This document shows, in pieces, positions 1 through 12,369 of a stretch of 64,000 bases of DNA. The stretch is from assembly GCA_013239625.1 (NCBI GenBank), contig MU054338.1, positions 3,993,371 through 4,057,370 on the forward strand, written 5' to 3'. A program made the position numbers and the translations under genes. Position 1 is the first letter of the stretch. Every line of letters starts with the position of its first letter. Below the pieces are notes generated by a model, which did not search any database, was not told the DNA's origin, and saw only the letters and a list, made by a program, of their open reading frames with translations. Source of the stretch: Lama guanicoe. Taxonomy: Eukaryota.

Positions 1-387
1 TAACGAGGCAACACCCTCTTGGTTTCCTCTTGAAGAGACATGATTTGACTGCTCATGTAAAAATTATCCAGACTAAGGGATAGTTAGCTCGTCTCAGATG
101 TGGTCTGATTTTAGTTGCCACCGATGATGTAACAGCTTCAGGGGAAAACGTGAATTAAGAAACCACCCAGCCTGCACTGACACTTTCGCCCCACAAATGT
201 GCTCCTGGCCGGCGACCGGTCCCAGCACTTCTTAGTAATCACTTCACCACCACAAGACTTGGGTTCTGGGAAGTGGAAATTCTCCCCCGGGTGGGGGTGT
301 GGGTGTGTGCTCTGAAGTTCATCACATCAGCCCCTTATTTGTCCTGGGAGAGTGGGCACCAGGAGTGTGTTGTCCACTTCCTTATGT

Positions 388-550
388 ACACACGGACACA
401 CACGCACTCACACCACACACATGTACAATCACGCGCACACACACACAGCCACACACCCGTGGACACACAAACACACACGCACACACAGGCACATGGGGGC
501 ACACATACACACAAGCACACTTACACAAAGGCATACGTGTGTGCACACCC
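388..550. repeat. Degenerate CA-rich low-complexity tract
   Basis: Interrupted CACA runs, which produce the His/Thr- and Cys/Val-rich pseudo-ORFs. Confidence 0.85.
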
Positions 551-583
551 ATTACGGGCTAATGTGAGAAAAAAACGGCCCGA

Positions 584-700
584 GGGAAGGGTAGGGCTCC
601 GCAGCGGAGGGTAGGCTTAGCACGCACGAGGCCCCGGGTTCCATCCCCAGGAACTCCGTTAAAGCAATCAACAAGTAAACCTAATTACCTTCCTCCTCCT
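584..700 (+). mobile_element. tRNA-Ala-derived SINE (camelid Vic-1-like), degenerate
   Basis: GCTTAGCACGCACGAGGCCCCGGGTTCCATCCCCAG followed by the family tail AAACCTAATTACC. Confidence 0.75.
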
Positions 701-2689
701 CCAGAACAAGAAAAGGGAAATGGTCCAAACCACTCGTAGGGCACTGCTGCCAGTTTCTTACTCCAAGTAAGTTTCTAGTCAACCAAATGCTGACCAGTCC
801 CATAATTCCAGCAGGAAAACACAAACGACACTTACAGTGAAAAGGAAGGGGATCTATGTTTACATATTTGCACCCACGCACACAGGGGAAAAAACCCTCA
901 AAACCCAGGTTTTTCTCTACAGATAACTTGCTCATCCTGGGACTCGGCTCAGACATTGTATCGCCATCACCCCACTTTCTGACACAGCGTCCTCCTCCTC
1001 CTCCAGCCCAGATCCCGACCCCACGTGCCCACCCCTCTCTTCCTGGCACCCTCCAGCCCCTGCTTTCCTGCTGCAGCCACAGAGCTGAGTGGCTGTGACA
1101 GAGATGCCAAAGCCGAGACGCGTGGCAGCCCTCCTCAGAGACGGCCTCCGCGGGCTCCGTGCGGGGTGCAGGTGCGTGTCTCAGGGCCCGCAGCTCCACA
1201 AGGGCCCTGGGCTTTAGTTTCTGCACAGGTCCAGGGTCTTAGGAGGGCGCCAGACTCAAGTACAGGGACTTCCCCAGGTGGTCAGTTCTCAGGCAGCTGC
1301 TCCATGATCAGCCTTCAAGTAAGAAACCAAAGGCTGAGGCTCAGAGAGGTCAAGCGATGAGCCAAAGGCCACACAGCACGAAGTGGCGGGGCTGGATCTG
1401 AACAGGGTCTCCTTCCTTTAACAGGAGGCACGAGTCTGTAAAGACCCCTGAGTCCCCCACTGTCTGTATCAGGCAGAGCCCCTGTTTCCTTCCCATGTAA
1501 ATTGTTCCCCAGCCCCCACGCCAAAGAGCATCCAAAATAAGAACTTGAGCTCAGAGTTCTGCTTTAGAAGTCGCTAGAATTTAGCTCATGTTACCAGAGC
1601 TCTGAATCATGGCCACGGTCCGGGTGAATCCACCCCGGGCCGGCTCACTGGGCTCCCCTAGCTGGGGCTGCACGCCTGCTCAGTGACTGCAAGGGACTTG
1701 TAGAAGGCAACCCTGACATCACTGCTCCCATCGTCTCTTTCCAGAAGCGGCTGCCCGAGTGTCGAGCTGGGCGGTGTTTCAGAATTTACAGCCCCCTGAC
1801 CGACTGCGCATGTTTGAAGCCCGGGTTTACTCCCAGCCCTGGAGGGGGCCACCTGCTTTCCCTCTCTCCATCCGTGTCCCTCCCTGCCCTCTTCCAGCGT
1901 TCCCTCTCCACGCGGGCACGCGGCGCCGTCTCCCCCACCCGTCCTGCCCCTGCTCCCGCACACTTCCGCTGTGGCTCTAGGGAGGCAGCCCGGCTGCCCC
2001 GATTCCTGACGGCGTGTTTACATGGGATGGCCTCCCGACCCCTCGGCTCCTCCAGGCCAACCCAGATGGAACTCGGTGTGCCGGGGCTTAGCGGCCTGAG
2101 TGGGTCCCCTGCCCTGTACTGCCTCCACCCTGCAGGGCGAGGTCTCTGCAGGATGAGGGCGGCCAGTGTGGCTCCAGGGGTCCAGACCCGTGGTGGCAAG
2201 GCGGGCACGGCGTGGAGGCTGGACTGGTGTCCCCGAGAGCACTGAGGTGGCGCCCGCCAGGTTGGGACTGACGGACCCTGTACAGCTGGGCTGAGGCCAG
2301 GCCGGAGAGCGCCAGTCCCTCCAGGCCCCCCGCACCCTGACCCCGCAGCAGCTAGAGCAGAAGGAAACCACCAGTAGCTGCAGCTGCAAAGTGGACCAAG
2401 AGCCGCAGGGAGCGGCAGCTAGGCCCCGCCGTCATGGCATCTCATCACCTGGGGCAGGGCTCCCCCGGCTTGGCGCCGTGGCCCCTGGGCAGGGTCGCTA
2501 TTGGATGTGGGGCGTCCCGGGCACTGGAGGGTGCGGAGCAGCCTCCCTGGCCCCACCCACTAGACGCCAGCAGCACCTCCCAGTCTGACCACTATAAATG
2601 GCTGAGACATCACCCAGGGTCCCCTGGGGGCAAAGTCAGCCAGGGATGAGAGGCACTGCTTCCTCTCTTCGGGAACTGCTCAGAAAATA

Positions 2690-2970
2690 TAACCGCATTT
2701 TAACACAATTCCCAGGAGGCTCGTATGCATATTAAAGCTTGAGAAGCGCTGCTCTAAGCCAGGGTGTCTTCCTCTCAGCACCAGAGACTTTCCAGGAGGG
2801 TCATTCTCTATGGGGGGCCGTCCCGGGAACCGTGGGGGTGTGGAGCAGCTTCTCTCGCCCCACCCACTGGATGCCAGGTGCATCCCCAGCTGTGACGACC
2901 AAAGGTGTCCCCAGACATGGCCCACTGTCTCCTGGGGCAGGACCGTCCCCAGGGGGATCCACTGGTCTAA
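2690..2970. mobile_element. MER5A-like fragment followed by a MER20-like element
   Basis: GCATTTTAACACAATTCCCAGG…AAAGCTTGAGAAGCGCTG, then CCCACTGGATGCCAG…GTGACGACCAAAGGTGTCCCCAGACATGGCC. Confidence 0.65.
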
Positions 2971-3616
2971 GGCCACAGCCTCGCTAAGCATGGCACTTTC
3001 AAATCAACCAAAAACCCTCCTCTGTGCTCATGGTCTTGGACATACCTTCAACCACACAGCTGTGCACATGTTTGGCCTCTGGACCAGGCAGTCTTCCTCT
3101 AGGAAACACAGTCTGGGTCTTAGTCACCCCATGGCCCCCTCCGAGCCCCTAGCATGTTGCACGGGATGACCCCCCGGGCATATCCAGAAGTGAGCGGGGG
3201 AACGAGGGCCCTGCTGCTGGGGCCACTGCCTGCACTGTCCACCTTTCCTGAGCCGGCGCCGGCCCCTGGCCCAGGTTCTCGGGGGTGGCTTCAGCAACGT
3301 CCTGTACCACAGTAGGTGGGGAATACGCTGATTTAACTTGCCCCCTCCTGCCCACCGCCTGAGCCTTCGGAGCGCCCCACACAGCAGGGAGGAGGAGCCT
3401 GGAGGGGTGACAGGTGACAGGCCGGGAGCTTCTTCCTCAAGAGCATCTTCTGGGTCTGAGCCAGGTGACAACCCAGCAGGAGACAATGCTGCCTGGTGAC
3501 AGGCCACTTCCTGACCCCTCGCCCTCCCCAGACACAGCCAATAACCACGGGGGATGGGCAGTGCCTCCGTGACGGATTCGGGCAGCGGGGAGGCGGGCTT
3601 TCTTCATCCTCCCACC

Positions 3617-3618
<2 letters not shown>

Positions 3619-3659
<41 letters not shown>
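3619..3659. repeat. (CA)n microsatellite, about 20 units
   Basis: Uninterrupted CA run. Confidence 0.95.
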
Positions 3660-3661
<2 letters not shown>

Positions 3662-3790
3662 GACCTTCCATTTTACTACCCCGTCCCTCTCGTCCTCACT
3701 TTACCCCGGAATTTAAAAAGCAGACAAACGGCCTATCTACAAATGGAGAACTGCCACTTGAAATCACAGCACTGGAGGGGCCCTAGAGCA

Positions 3791-3895
3791 GGGGAGGGTA
3801 GAGCTCAGTGGTGGAGCGCATGCTTAGCACGCATGAGGTCCTGGGTTCAATCCCCAGTACCTCCATTAAAATACAGAAATAAATAACCCAATCAT
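3791..3895 (+). mobile_element. tRNA-Ala-derived SINE (Vic-1-like)
   Basis: GGGGAGGGTAGAGCTCAGTGGTGGAGCGCATGCTTAGCACGCATGAGGTCCTGGGTTCAATCCCCAGTACCTCCA plus A-rich tail. Pol III A and B boxes present. Confidence 0.9.
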
Positions 3896-5489
3896 GCACA
3901 CCCCGGCCCCACAAACCTCCTAGCACAGGTCTTCCAACGATGGATCATTTTTTTAAATGATCAATTTAAAAGAAAGTTTTAAAATCAGGCTACAACTCCT
4001 GAAAACTGACTTACCGAAACTGGGACCAGGTAGGAAACAGTTTTCTGGAATGCAGAGTCGCATTTCTTTTGGAAGGATTTGCCTTCCTCAGAACGGAATG
4101 ATCTGCAAGTCTCCCACAGCTACGGGCTGCAGGAAGAACCATGTGTGCTAGTTCATCTTTGGGGGAGTCCTCGTGTTAAGTCAGAACTTACTCGTTTTGA
4201 TTCCAGCAACACTCAGTGTAATTGCATCTTAATTATTGCATCTAATAGGGATGGTAGCTAACAAGCTTGTTTTTTGTTTGTTTTACAGCCTGCTTTTATT
4301 TGTTCTAAAACACAAATGACATCCCATTATGAGTTTTGGCTGCAAAAGAATCTTGGGAAACTTGTTCAGATACTTTAAATTGTCCCAAGGCATTAGCTGG
4401 GAACACTGGCACTAAAGTGCAGTGCATGTGTGCTCGGGGTATCCAGCCACAGAGCGGGGTTGTCCTTCAAAAAGAAACAAAAATCCATCCAACTAAGCAA
4501 GTCTCCCTGCGAGAGCTGTTGACTGACCACCCGACCACGGGCTGCCGTGCTCCGATACAGGCGCACTTTCGCGGTTGCTGGGGCCTTCGTCAGCCAGACT
4601 GCACTCAGGTTGAATGAGGCAGGATCAAGTCCCCTCCAAAAACCTGCCCTGACTAACACGGCTCAATTTATAGCCCTGTTTGGTGGGCGGGGCAGGGGGT
4701 GGGTGGCACAGGGAAGAGGGAAAGAAATGTGTCACCGGCTTTGAATGAAGTTCAGGGGCAGTGTTTACCTAAGCAACAAACGCCGGTAAACAATCGCTAT
4801 CTCTGGCTGGTGAGGAGGACGTGGGGGGTGGGGGGGGACTGTTCTGATCAAAATCCACCCCATGGCTGCAAAGTGCCCCTCACCAGGGTGAGGAGTTAGT
4901 GGGAACATACCTGCTTCCCCTAGTAAGCATGATGTACACGTTCCCCTGAGGGTCACCTGAGCACCCGGCTTCCTAAGAGGAATACTGAAGAACCAGAAGG
5001 TTCAGGCTTCAGTTTCCATCACCAGCCAAACTTGCACGTGAGTGTCTTTACGTGTGAGCCGTCAGGGTTCAACACCTGGCTCTTCTGATATTCTTGTACA
5101 ACAGGATATAAAAACATCATGCTGAAACTCGCCCGGGAAGTTGCAGCTTCTCGCTGACATAAGGAAGGTAGACTGGACAGGTATTGATTTATAAACACAA
5201 GGAATGAGATCAAAAAAGACATTCAACTGAAGACTGAAATAAGTCTCTAGTTGAGAGCAGTCAAAGACATATTCAAATAGCTCAAAGTTTTGTTTTTCCT
5301 CCCCCACAGCTCCTCTTGGTTTATACAGGATGAAATGTCAACATGACAACACACTTTCTTCTAAGTAGACCCCAGGTGGACCCAGGTCTACCTGTCGTGG
5401 CAAATCAAACTCAAACGTAATTTCACCAGAGGAAAATATATGCAGATGTTCAATTAGAACCTGGAGTCCGCGGTCCTGGCGCTGTTTGC

Positions 5490-5580
5490 CAGCCCTCATT
5501 GTTTGCTGAGTAACAACGGTTGCCAGGGACAACGTAGTCCACTCCCGTCTCCAAGAGCCTGTTGCTGGGCAACGGTGAGA
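5490..5580. promoter_or_regulatory. Cluster of RFX X-boxes and MYB cores in RFX2 intron 1
   Basis: GTTGCCAGGGACAAC (5519-5533), GTTGCTGGGCAAC (5561-5573), TTGCTGAGTAAC (5503-5514), and CAACGG at 5514 and 5570. Confidence 0.6.
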
Positions 5581-7029
5581 ATACTTCCCAAACCAAACAA
5601 TGTCATCCCCGGAGCAATCCCCTCTATCTCACATTAACCAGATCTAAAAAAAACCCTCCCAAATATGTAATCTATTATTTTCAGAAGCCCGAAGAGAAAG
5701 GCAAATAATCTCCTCTCTATAGTAACCACGGGGAAAACAGTTTACCATATTTGTTCTGAAATAACAAAACCCAAGAAAGGACCAACTGTCTCCGCGGAAA
5801 GCATCACTGGAGGGACTTCTGCGATCCTTCCTAGTGCTGGGAGGAGAAAGTGCCTTTTTCTCCAAGAAGAAAGAATTTATTTATCATCAGGCCAACAATG
5901 TAGGGTAGCTCATAGCTGCATACGGGTCTTCCAGGCAGTGACCAGAAAAAGTGAAACAGCCTGGGGAGTCAGCTATTTGAAAAACACGTAAGAACAGAGG
6001 AGTAGATACCCAATTAAAAAGCCTTTTGAGAATGTCAAGTGCGTACGAAATAGGTGCAAACGGAACCGAGGACTCAGCATTAGAAACGCCTCCTGGGGCT
6101 GGGCCGGAGGAAACTTACAGCGTGTGGTCCCGGTGCCGGCTCTCCCCGCCCCGCGCAGGGAGGGGACTCTGGGAGAGGAAGCCAGGCCACATCAGGGCCC
6201 CCAGATGGCAGGAAGCACAGGGAGGGACATGCAGCCCCAGAAAGAGGTGGCAGGGAGGTCCCGAGGGTTGGCCAGTCTTGACCCACAGAGAAAACAAAAC
6301 CAGCTGAGCTCAGACCCTGCGTGAGCTGGGCTCTGCGGAGCCGTGCAGGCGGCACGCCGGCTCCCGAGGCTCCGGGACGGGGAGCGGGAGCAGGCAGCAC
6401 TCTTACAAGGCAGGGCGTCGAGTTCTAAGACATGGTCTGGTTTTGAGGGGAGCGTGGCCAGAAAACCTTAAAACATGTTGACTGAACGGCAAGTACATGG
6501 CTCTAGCCGCAAGGGCCCGCTTTCTCGATGATGGAGGCGCAGGACGCTGAGAGACGTGTCCTGGCAGGAGCGCACCTTTGAGCTCTTGCCTGAGGTCCGG
6601 CCCCGGGTACGAGTTGTCAGGGCTGCACAGTAACTTTTTTTCTTAAGATCTCATCTTAAGATCTCATCCAGAAGGGGCTCCTAGCATAAATTGGACAAGA
6701 TCAATGCGAGTCTCTGAGAAGAAGGGAAGGTGGAGTCCACGCTGTTAGGAGCTGAACCTGGGCTCCGGAGAGACCAGGAATTTGAGGCCAGACTCTAGGG
6801 CCGTTAACCCATGGCTCAGCGGTAGCGTAGAGCAGTGACCAAGCTGGTCTCTAATCTGAGGGGAGACCGCGAGCAGCCAACATCATGGGAGTTGCCAGGG
6901 GACGCTGCTGAGTCTGCCTGGACCTACCCCCCTACCCCCGCCACGCGAAGGGAGGCTCTGACATGCAGCCTGAGGACCCCAAACCCCATCTCCGGGAAGA
7001 GGACTGACGCAGAGGTCCTAGTTGCTTTA

Positions 7030-8340
7030 GTCATTGATTTCAATCAAAAACTACTTATTGAATGCCTAGCATGGGCCAGGTATTGCCTGGGAATCAAAGC
7101 AAACCAAATTGCCTTCCTTTGTGAAGCTTGTGTCCCAGTAGGTAGTGGAGGGAGGGGATAGAGACAGTAAACAAAAGAAATAAGAAAAGTATATCCTATG
7201 TCAGATGGTGTCAGATGCAGAGGTGGGGGCTGCTGGGGTGGGGTGGGCAGGGCAGCAATTTCTAAAGGGTTGTCACATGTCTCCCTGAGAAGACTCACTA
7301 AAGAGGTGAGGAAAGAGTGGGGCAGAGCCATTCAGATATCGAGGGGGAAAGCATTCCTGTGGCGGGAACAGCCAGTGCAAAGGCCCAGTGGTGGGACCAG
7401 ATTTGGCTGGTGACTAGAGTGGAGAGAACCAGGAGACCAGGAGGAGAAGAGGTCCACGCAGACCATCACACGGGCTTGGCTTTTGCTTAGGGTGAAACGG
7501 AAGTGACCAGAGCATTTCAGCCCAAGAGCGACCTGCTTTGACTTGTGTTTTAACCAGGTCCCTCTGGCTGCTGGGTTGAGAACAGGTAAAGAAGGAGATG
7601 GGGGGAAGTAGGGAGAGCAGTTAAGAGGCTACTGTGATAATCCAGGTGAGAGATGGTGACATGGCCTCAGTGACAGCAGGGAAGGGGTGCAAAGCAGTCA
7701 GATTCTGGATAAATACTGGGTGTGGAGTCAGCAGGGCTGGCTAAAGGTTGGATGTGGAGTGTGAGGGAAAGGAGTCAAGAGCGTCTCAAAGATTTTTTGT
7801 AATTAAAAGGATGAGATCATGAAAACTGCAGGAGAAGCAGGCCTGGGGAGCACCTCAGAGTTGAGTTTTACAGGTGTGAGGTGTGAGAGGCTCAGACATC
7901 CAAGTTGGGATGCTGAGAGAGCAGATGGATATGTAAGTGAAAGTCTGAGGGGCAAGGAATAAGCTGGAGCCATCAGTGTATAGATGACATGGGCCAGAGT
8001 CATCCATGTATAGAGGATGTGGGTTGGAGCCAGCAGTGTACAGAGGATGTGGGCTGGAGCCAGCAGTGTATAGATGATCTATTCAAAGCTATGAGTCTGG
8101 CCGAGCTTGTCAAGGGAGAGCAGAGGCCCAGGGCCATCATTTAGAGATCCTAAAGAAGAGGGGATCCAGCAAAGGAGCCTGAAAAGAGGAGGCCAAGGAA
8201 GTACCAGCGAGTGGTGTCCTGAGCACCAGGTGATCGGGGGCTGGGAAATGACCACTAAGTTCAGACAGAGAGGTCACCATGACCACGACAGAGCAGTTCC
8301 AGAAGAACGGAATGAGCAAAAGTCATAGAGATTGGAGTGG
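7030..8340 (-). mobile_element. L2 remnant
   Basis: ACTTATTGAATGCCTAG start, GTGCAAAGGCCC, GATAATCCAGGTGAGAGATG and GGAGTCAAG motifs typical of an L2 3' region in reverse. Confidence 0.7.
7963..8082. repeat. 30-bp minisatellite x4 inside an L2 remnant
   Basis: Units GCTGGAGCCATCAGTGTATAGATGACATGG / GCCAGAGTCATCCATGTATAGAGGATGTGG / GTTGGAGCCAGCAGTGTACAGAGGATGTGG / GCTGGAGCCAGCAGTGTATAGATGATCTAT. Confidence 0.85.
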
Positions 8341-8969
8341 GTTCAAGAAAGACCAAGGGTCATAGGCCTGGAGACCCAGGAACAGATAAGTCTTTTGAGG
8401 AATCTCTGCTGGAAAGAGAAGGAGAGGAACAGAGTGGCAGCTGGAAGGGGAGGCCAGTTGAGAGAGGGTTTCTGAAAGTGGAAGACGGGACAGCAGGTGT
8501 GTGTCGTGATGGGCAGGACCCAATGGGAGGGAAGTGACACAGGAGGGGAGAATTGCTGGTGGAGCATCCTGGCACAGGTAGGGCAGGACGGGAAGTCCTG
8601 CAAGAGAGAGGAAGGGCTGGCCAGAGCCAGGTGCATGGACGTCTGTCCACCAGTCCCGGACAGAAGGCAGAGTGTCTGCCAAGATGCAGGTGTCACTGAG
8701 TCACAGATGGCTCACCCCAAACCTGAAAGTCCCTTTGGGGAGCTCTTGGCCCCCAAACCCATTCTTCAGTCATGGGTTCCCTTTGTTACGATTCCAGGGC
8801 CTCCCGAGTCTACTCTGGGGTGGGACTTGGGCATCACGCATGACAACTCACTCAGGGCTACAAACTCACAGCAGAAACTCTAACAGACCCTGAACTTGGA
8901 AGGGTGAGCCAAGAATGAGCCCACAGACGGCCTCCCTGGGCCCCAGGCTTCAGGGCTCCCACTGACCAT

Positions 8970-9255
8970 GGTAGGAGGTGGGGGCTTAGGAAGGTGCACA
9001 GGTCATGGGGGTGGAGCCCTCTTGAACGGGATTAGTGCCCTTCCTTATAAAGGGGACCCCAGAGAGCTAGCTCACCCCTTCCACGTGAGGACACAGCGAG
9101 ATGTCTGTGACCCAGAGAGGGTCCTCGCCGATCATCCCGGAACACTTAATCTCAGACTTTCAGCTTCCAGAACTGTGAGCAACACATTTCTGTTGTTTAT
9201 AAGCCGCTCAGTCTGTGCTGTTCTGATACAGCAGCTTGAACGGGCCAGACAGACC
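8970..9255 (+). mobile_element. MLT1-like (ERVL-MaLR) LTR fragment
   Basis: GGGATTAGTGCCCTTCCTTATAAAGG…CTTCCAGAACTGTGAGCAACACATTTCTGTTGTTTATAAGCC. Confidence 0.7.
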
Positions 9256-9666
9256 AACACTTGCTCCCAACCCCATGGCTCCCCCTCCACTGTCTAACAG
9301 AAGCCCCGTCCTTCAAGAAAAATAAAGGCGTATTTCTTACTAGGTCATGCCTGAACTATGTGAGATTACCAAGAAATCTAACGTAAGCTAAACGATTGAG
9401 GCCAAGAATCTTGCTGTGAGAGTTTTGAGATCAGAGGTCGCTCGCTCTGGGCGTCGCACGGCCCTGGGCCAGCTTGCAGAGTCCTCGTCTGCCTTAGGAA
9501 GGGAAGGACCTTCATGGCTTGCAAGTGGTCACCTGTCTCTGGGCGACAGATATCTCTCAACTGGCTCAGGACTGAAAATCTAGTCTGAGATCCCTTTGGC
9601 ACCACCCAGGGATCTGAAGAAATGAAAATGAAGCAAAGGAAGGCAAAATTAGAAATAGTGATCGCA

Positions 9667-9818
9667 AGGGGGAGGGTATAGTTCAAGTGGTAAAGTGCAT
9701 ATTTAGCCTGCATGAGGTCCTGGGTTCAATCCCCAGTATCTCCTCCAAAAATACATGAATAAATAAATAAACCTAAATAACTCCCCCTCCAAAAAATGTA
9801 AAACAAAAAAGAAAAGAA
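9667..9818 (+). mobile_element. tRNA-Ala-derived SINE with 16-bp target-site duplication
   Basis: TSD AGAAATAGTGATCGCA (9651-9666) / AGAAATAGTGATTGCA (9819-9834). Confidence 0.9.
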
Positions 9819-10233
9819 AGAAATAGTGATTGCATCTGCCATCAGCCTTCTCCTCACCTCAAACCCCTTGTCCAGTCCTCCTGGAAGAAAAGGATGTTCT
9901 CTTTCTGGCCACGTGAAAGTTTCAACCCCCAAGCCAAACCTCAGAGTGCCCTGACAAAATGGAGAAGAACGGGGTTTTCGTTGTTGCCGTGGTTAGACCC
10001 ATTATTCTAATTAAGGCCAAAGAGAGAAATCTTGGAGGTGTTTTAGGTTTTTTAGCCAAATTAAGCCTAATTCAGTCCAAGAAGAGACACTAAAATCGAT
10101 TCCATTTTAGAAAGGCTTTCTCATCAAAAGCACGGCGGGAGGAGGGGAGTGTTATTTTTGAAATTGAAAAAGACACCATCAGACCTTGAGAATGTTTTAA
10201 CTGACTTTCCTGTTACATCATGACTTGAGATGT

Positions 10234-10364
10234 GGGGGAGGGTCTAGCTCAGTGGTGGAGCGTGTGCTTAGCATGCACGAGGTCCTGGGTTCAATCCCAG
10301 TACCTCCATTAAAATAAATAAACCTAATTACTTCCCCCCACCCCAAAACAAACAAACAGAAAAA
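10234..10364 (+). mobile_element. tRNA-Ala-derived SINE with 11-bp target-site duplication
   Basis: TSD GACTTGAGATG (10222-10232 and 10365-10375). Confidence 0.9.
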
Positions 10365-11499
10365 GACTTGAGATGAGTCTTCCCTCCTCTCAGCAAACAC
10401 TCAGCGGGCGTGAGGTTGGGCAGGACCCGGACCGGGAAGCCAGCAAGCAGCTCACGGGACCCGGACAAATGCCCAGCTTCGTCTGTTCTGTTTTTGGCCT
10501 CTTCATTCCCACCCTGTATTAAGTCAGCTCCCAAAGCAGAGAAAAAGATAGTCTGGAGGGAAAAAAAATTGAATAAAATGTTCTAGCTCTGTTTGAAAGG
10601 TGGAAAAACAGACAGGTACCCTGAAACATGGCTTCCTATTCCCCCCCCTCCTGTCTCGTCCGGAACGAACGACCATCAACTTGGACAAAGAGCCACCTTT
10701 CGAACCCTCCCACGTTTCAATCCTGCTTCCAGTCCCCCTTCCTTTGAGAAGTCCCGGTGGCTTGACCACCGTGACAGTTGACAAGCATGTACCACTACTT
10801 GGGCATAATTTTCAAAAAGATAAATATTTGACAGATTTCCATCCAAACGGAATTTGAAACTACTTGAATAAGGGAAAAAGTACGATCGAACCTCGGGGGT
10901 GGGGCGGGGAAGGCCCTTGATAGCTTACACGGGCTGGAATAATGAAGACACGTTTGCATTTCTCTTTAAGTCAGATCCTCCTTTTTTCTGGCGCAAGTGT
11001 CATGCTGAAGATGAGATTGAATGTGGGTGGCTGAGCTCAATAATTTGGGCTGCATGCTCCTCTTTGGGGATCTAAGCATCTCCCCAGGATGCTGCTCAGC
11101 CCGCACTGATTATGAGAGCACCCGTGAGGACGCAGGACGCCGGCAGAAAGCGGCCAGATCCCTTGCTCTCTAGCACACAGGAGGTGTGCATCTCACCCTT
11201 ACACAGGAATGACTGTGGACAACCTCTCAAGGACTTCCTGGCAACCTCTCGACAGGTCTGCCCAGGCAGTGCCCAGGGCAAGGTCGACACTCAGGAAGAC
11301 AGAATATGGATGACAGGCAGCCACGCCCCAAGTGGCCGACCTTGGCCAAGGGACGTGGGCTGCTGGGACCACAGGGGACAGACGTGGAGCGGGGGAGTCT
11401 CATCTCAGTGGAGGAGAGGAAGAGCATCCTGGACCTGTGTGGCCTTCCCCCAGACACGCAGCACAAGCCAAGTGACGACGTCCCAGGAATATATGTAAC

Positions 11500-11720
11500 A
11501 CAATGGCTGAGAGCAGGCACCCGGATTGGAATCCTGGTCCCTCCACCTGCTGGCTGGGTGACCTTCGGCGAGTGCCTTAAACCTTTCTGAGTTTCCGCTT
11601 CTGTATCCATAAATGGAGGAAATAAATCCTGTCTGGCTGGTGAGTCACTGTGTTAAATAAAATGAAGCCTACAAAGCATGGGGTTTGCTTGCCAGCCCCA
11701 CACGTAGTAGGTGCTCAGGA
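11500..11720 (+). mobile_element. MIR SINE remnant (further MIRs at about 1310-1410, 35640-35870, 50330-50480, 56770-56910, 61600-61710)
   Basis: GGGTGACCTTCGGCGAGTGCCTTAAACCTTTCTGAGTTTCC…TAGTAGGTGCTCA core. Confidence 0.7.
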
Positions 11721-12369
11721 AGTATCAGCGTCGTGGTAAGTCGCTCCATTCGAACGCGACCAAGATCCACTGCTGGGTTTTGCCTGTTTCAATACCTGAA
11801 GCCCTAAAAGCCGCCATGTGCTTTCTTCTTTGTGATTTCAAAACAAGGGAGAGAAACTCTCCGGGGAGCGCCCCGTGCTGTGTGCTGTAGCCATTCCAGG
11901 GCATATTTGTGGGGTTCGTCATTCTGGCCAAATACTTCACACTTGATTCTCTCCCAGCATTGCTCCTTCCAAGTGAACACGGCCACGCTGCTGTTATAAA
12001 AGTGTCGTCTCATCCTCAGCCCCCTTTCCCTGCTCAGAAATCCCGTCCTTCCACAAGAATACCTGGTGAGTTTAATTCCTCATTAGGAGATCCTTTTTGC
12101 TTTGCCTCTTTTGCCACAAGTTTCCAGGGTCTGCATCTAAACCAGTGGCCTAGTCTCCAGCAGGTGATGGTGCCTGCGGTGTCCCCACATGTCCCTATGC
12201 AGAGGTGGAGCCATGCAGCACTGGTGCTGGGGGTGGGCAGGGGGATTCTTGTCCTAGAGCAGGGTCTGCCTTTGCAGAAAATGACCTCTGAGCATCCCTT
12301 GAGACCTAGGATGTGTTTAAACCCACACAGCCTGAGGATGAAGAGCTAGTTGAAAGCAGCGTCTCTTTT

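Noticed and set aside
273..614. His/Thr-rich and Cys/Val-rich ORFs (also 3333-3886 and 50931-51397)
   Set aside because: Translations of CA/TG microsatellites.
3791..3865. tRNA-Ala(AGC)-like genes (also at 10234, 44886, 54174 and elsewhere)
   Set aside because: These are SINE heads: altered acceptor stem, shared A-rich family tail, target-site duplications and about 10 diverged copies.
6641..6666. 13-bp perfect tandem duplication TCTTAAGATCTCA x2
   Set aside because: Ordinary slippage duplication with no sign of function.
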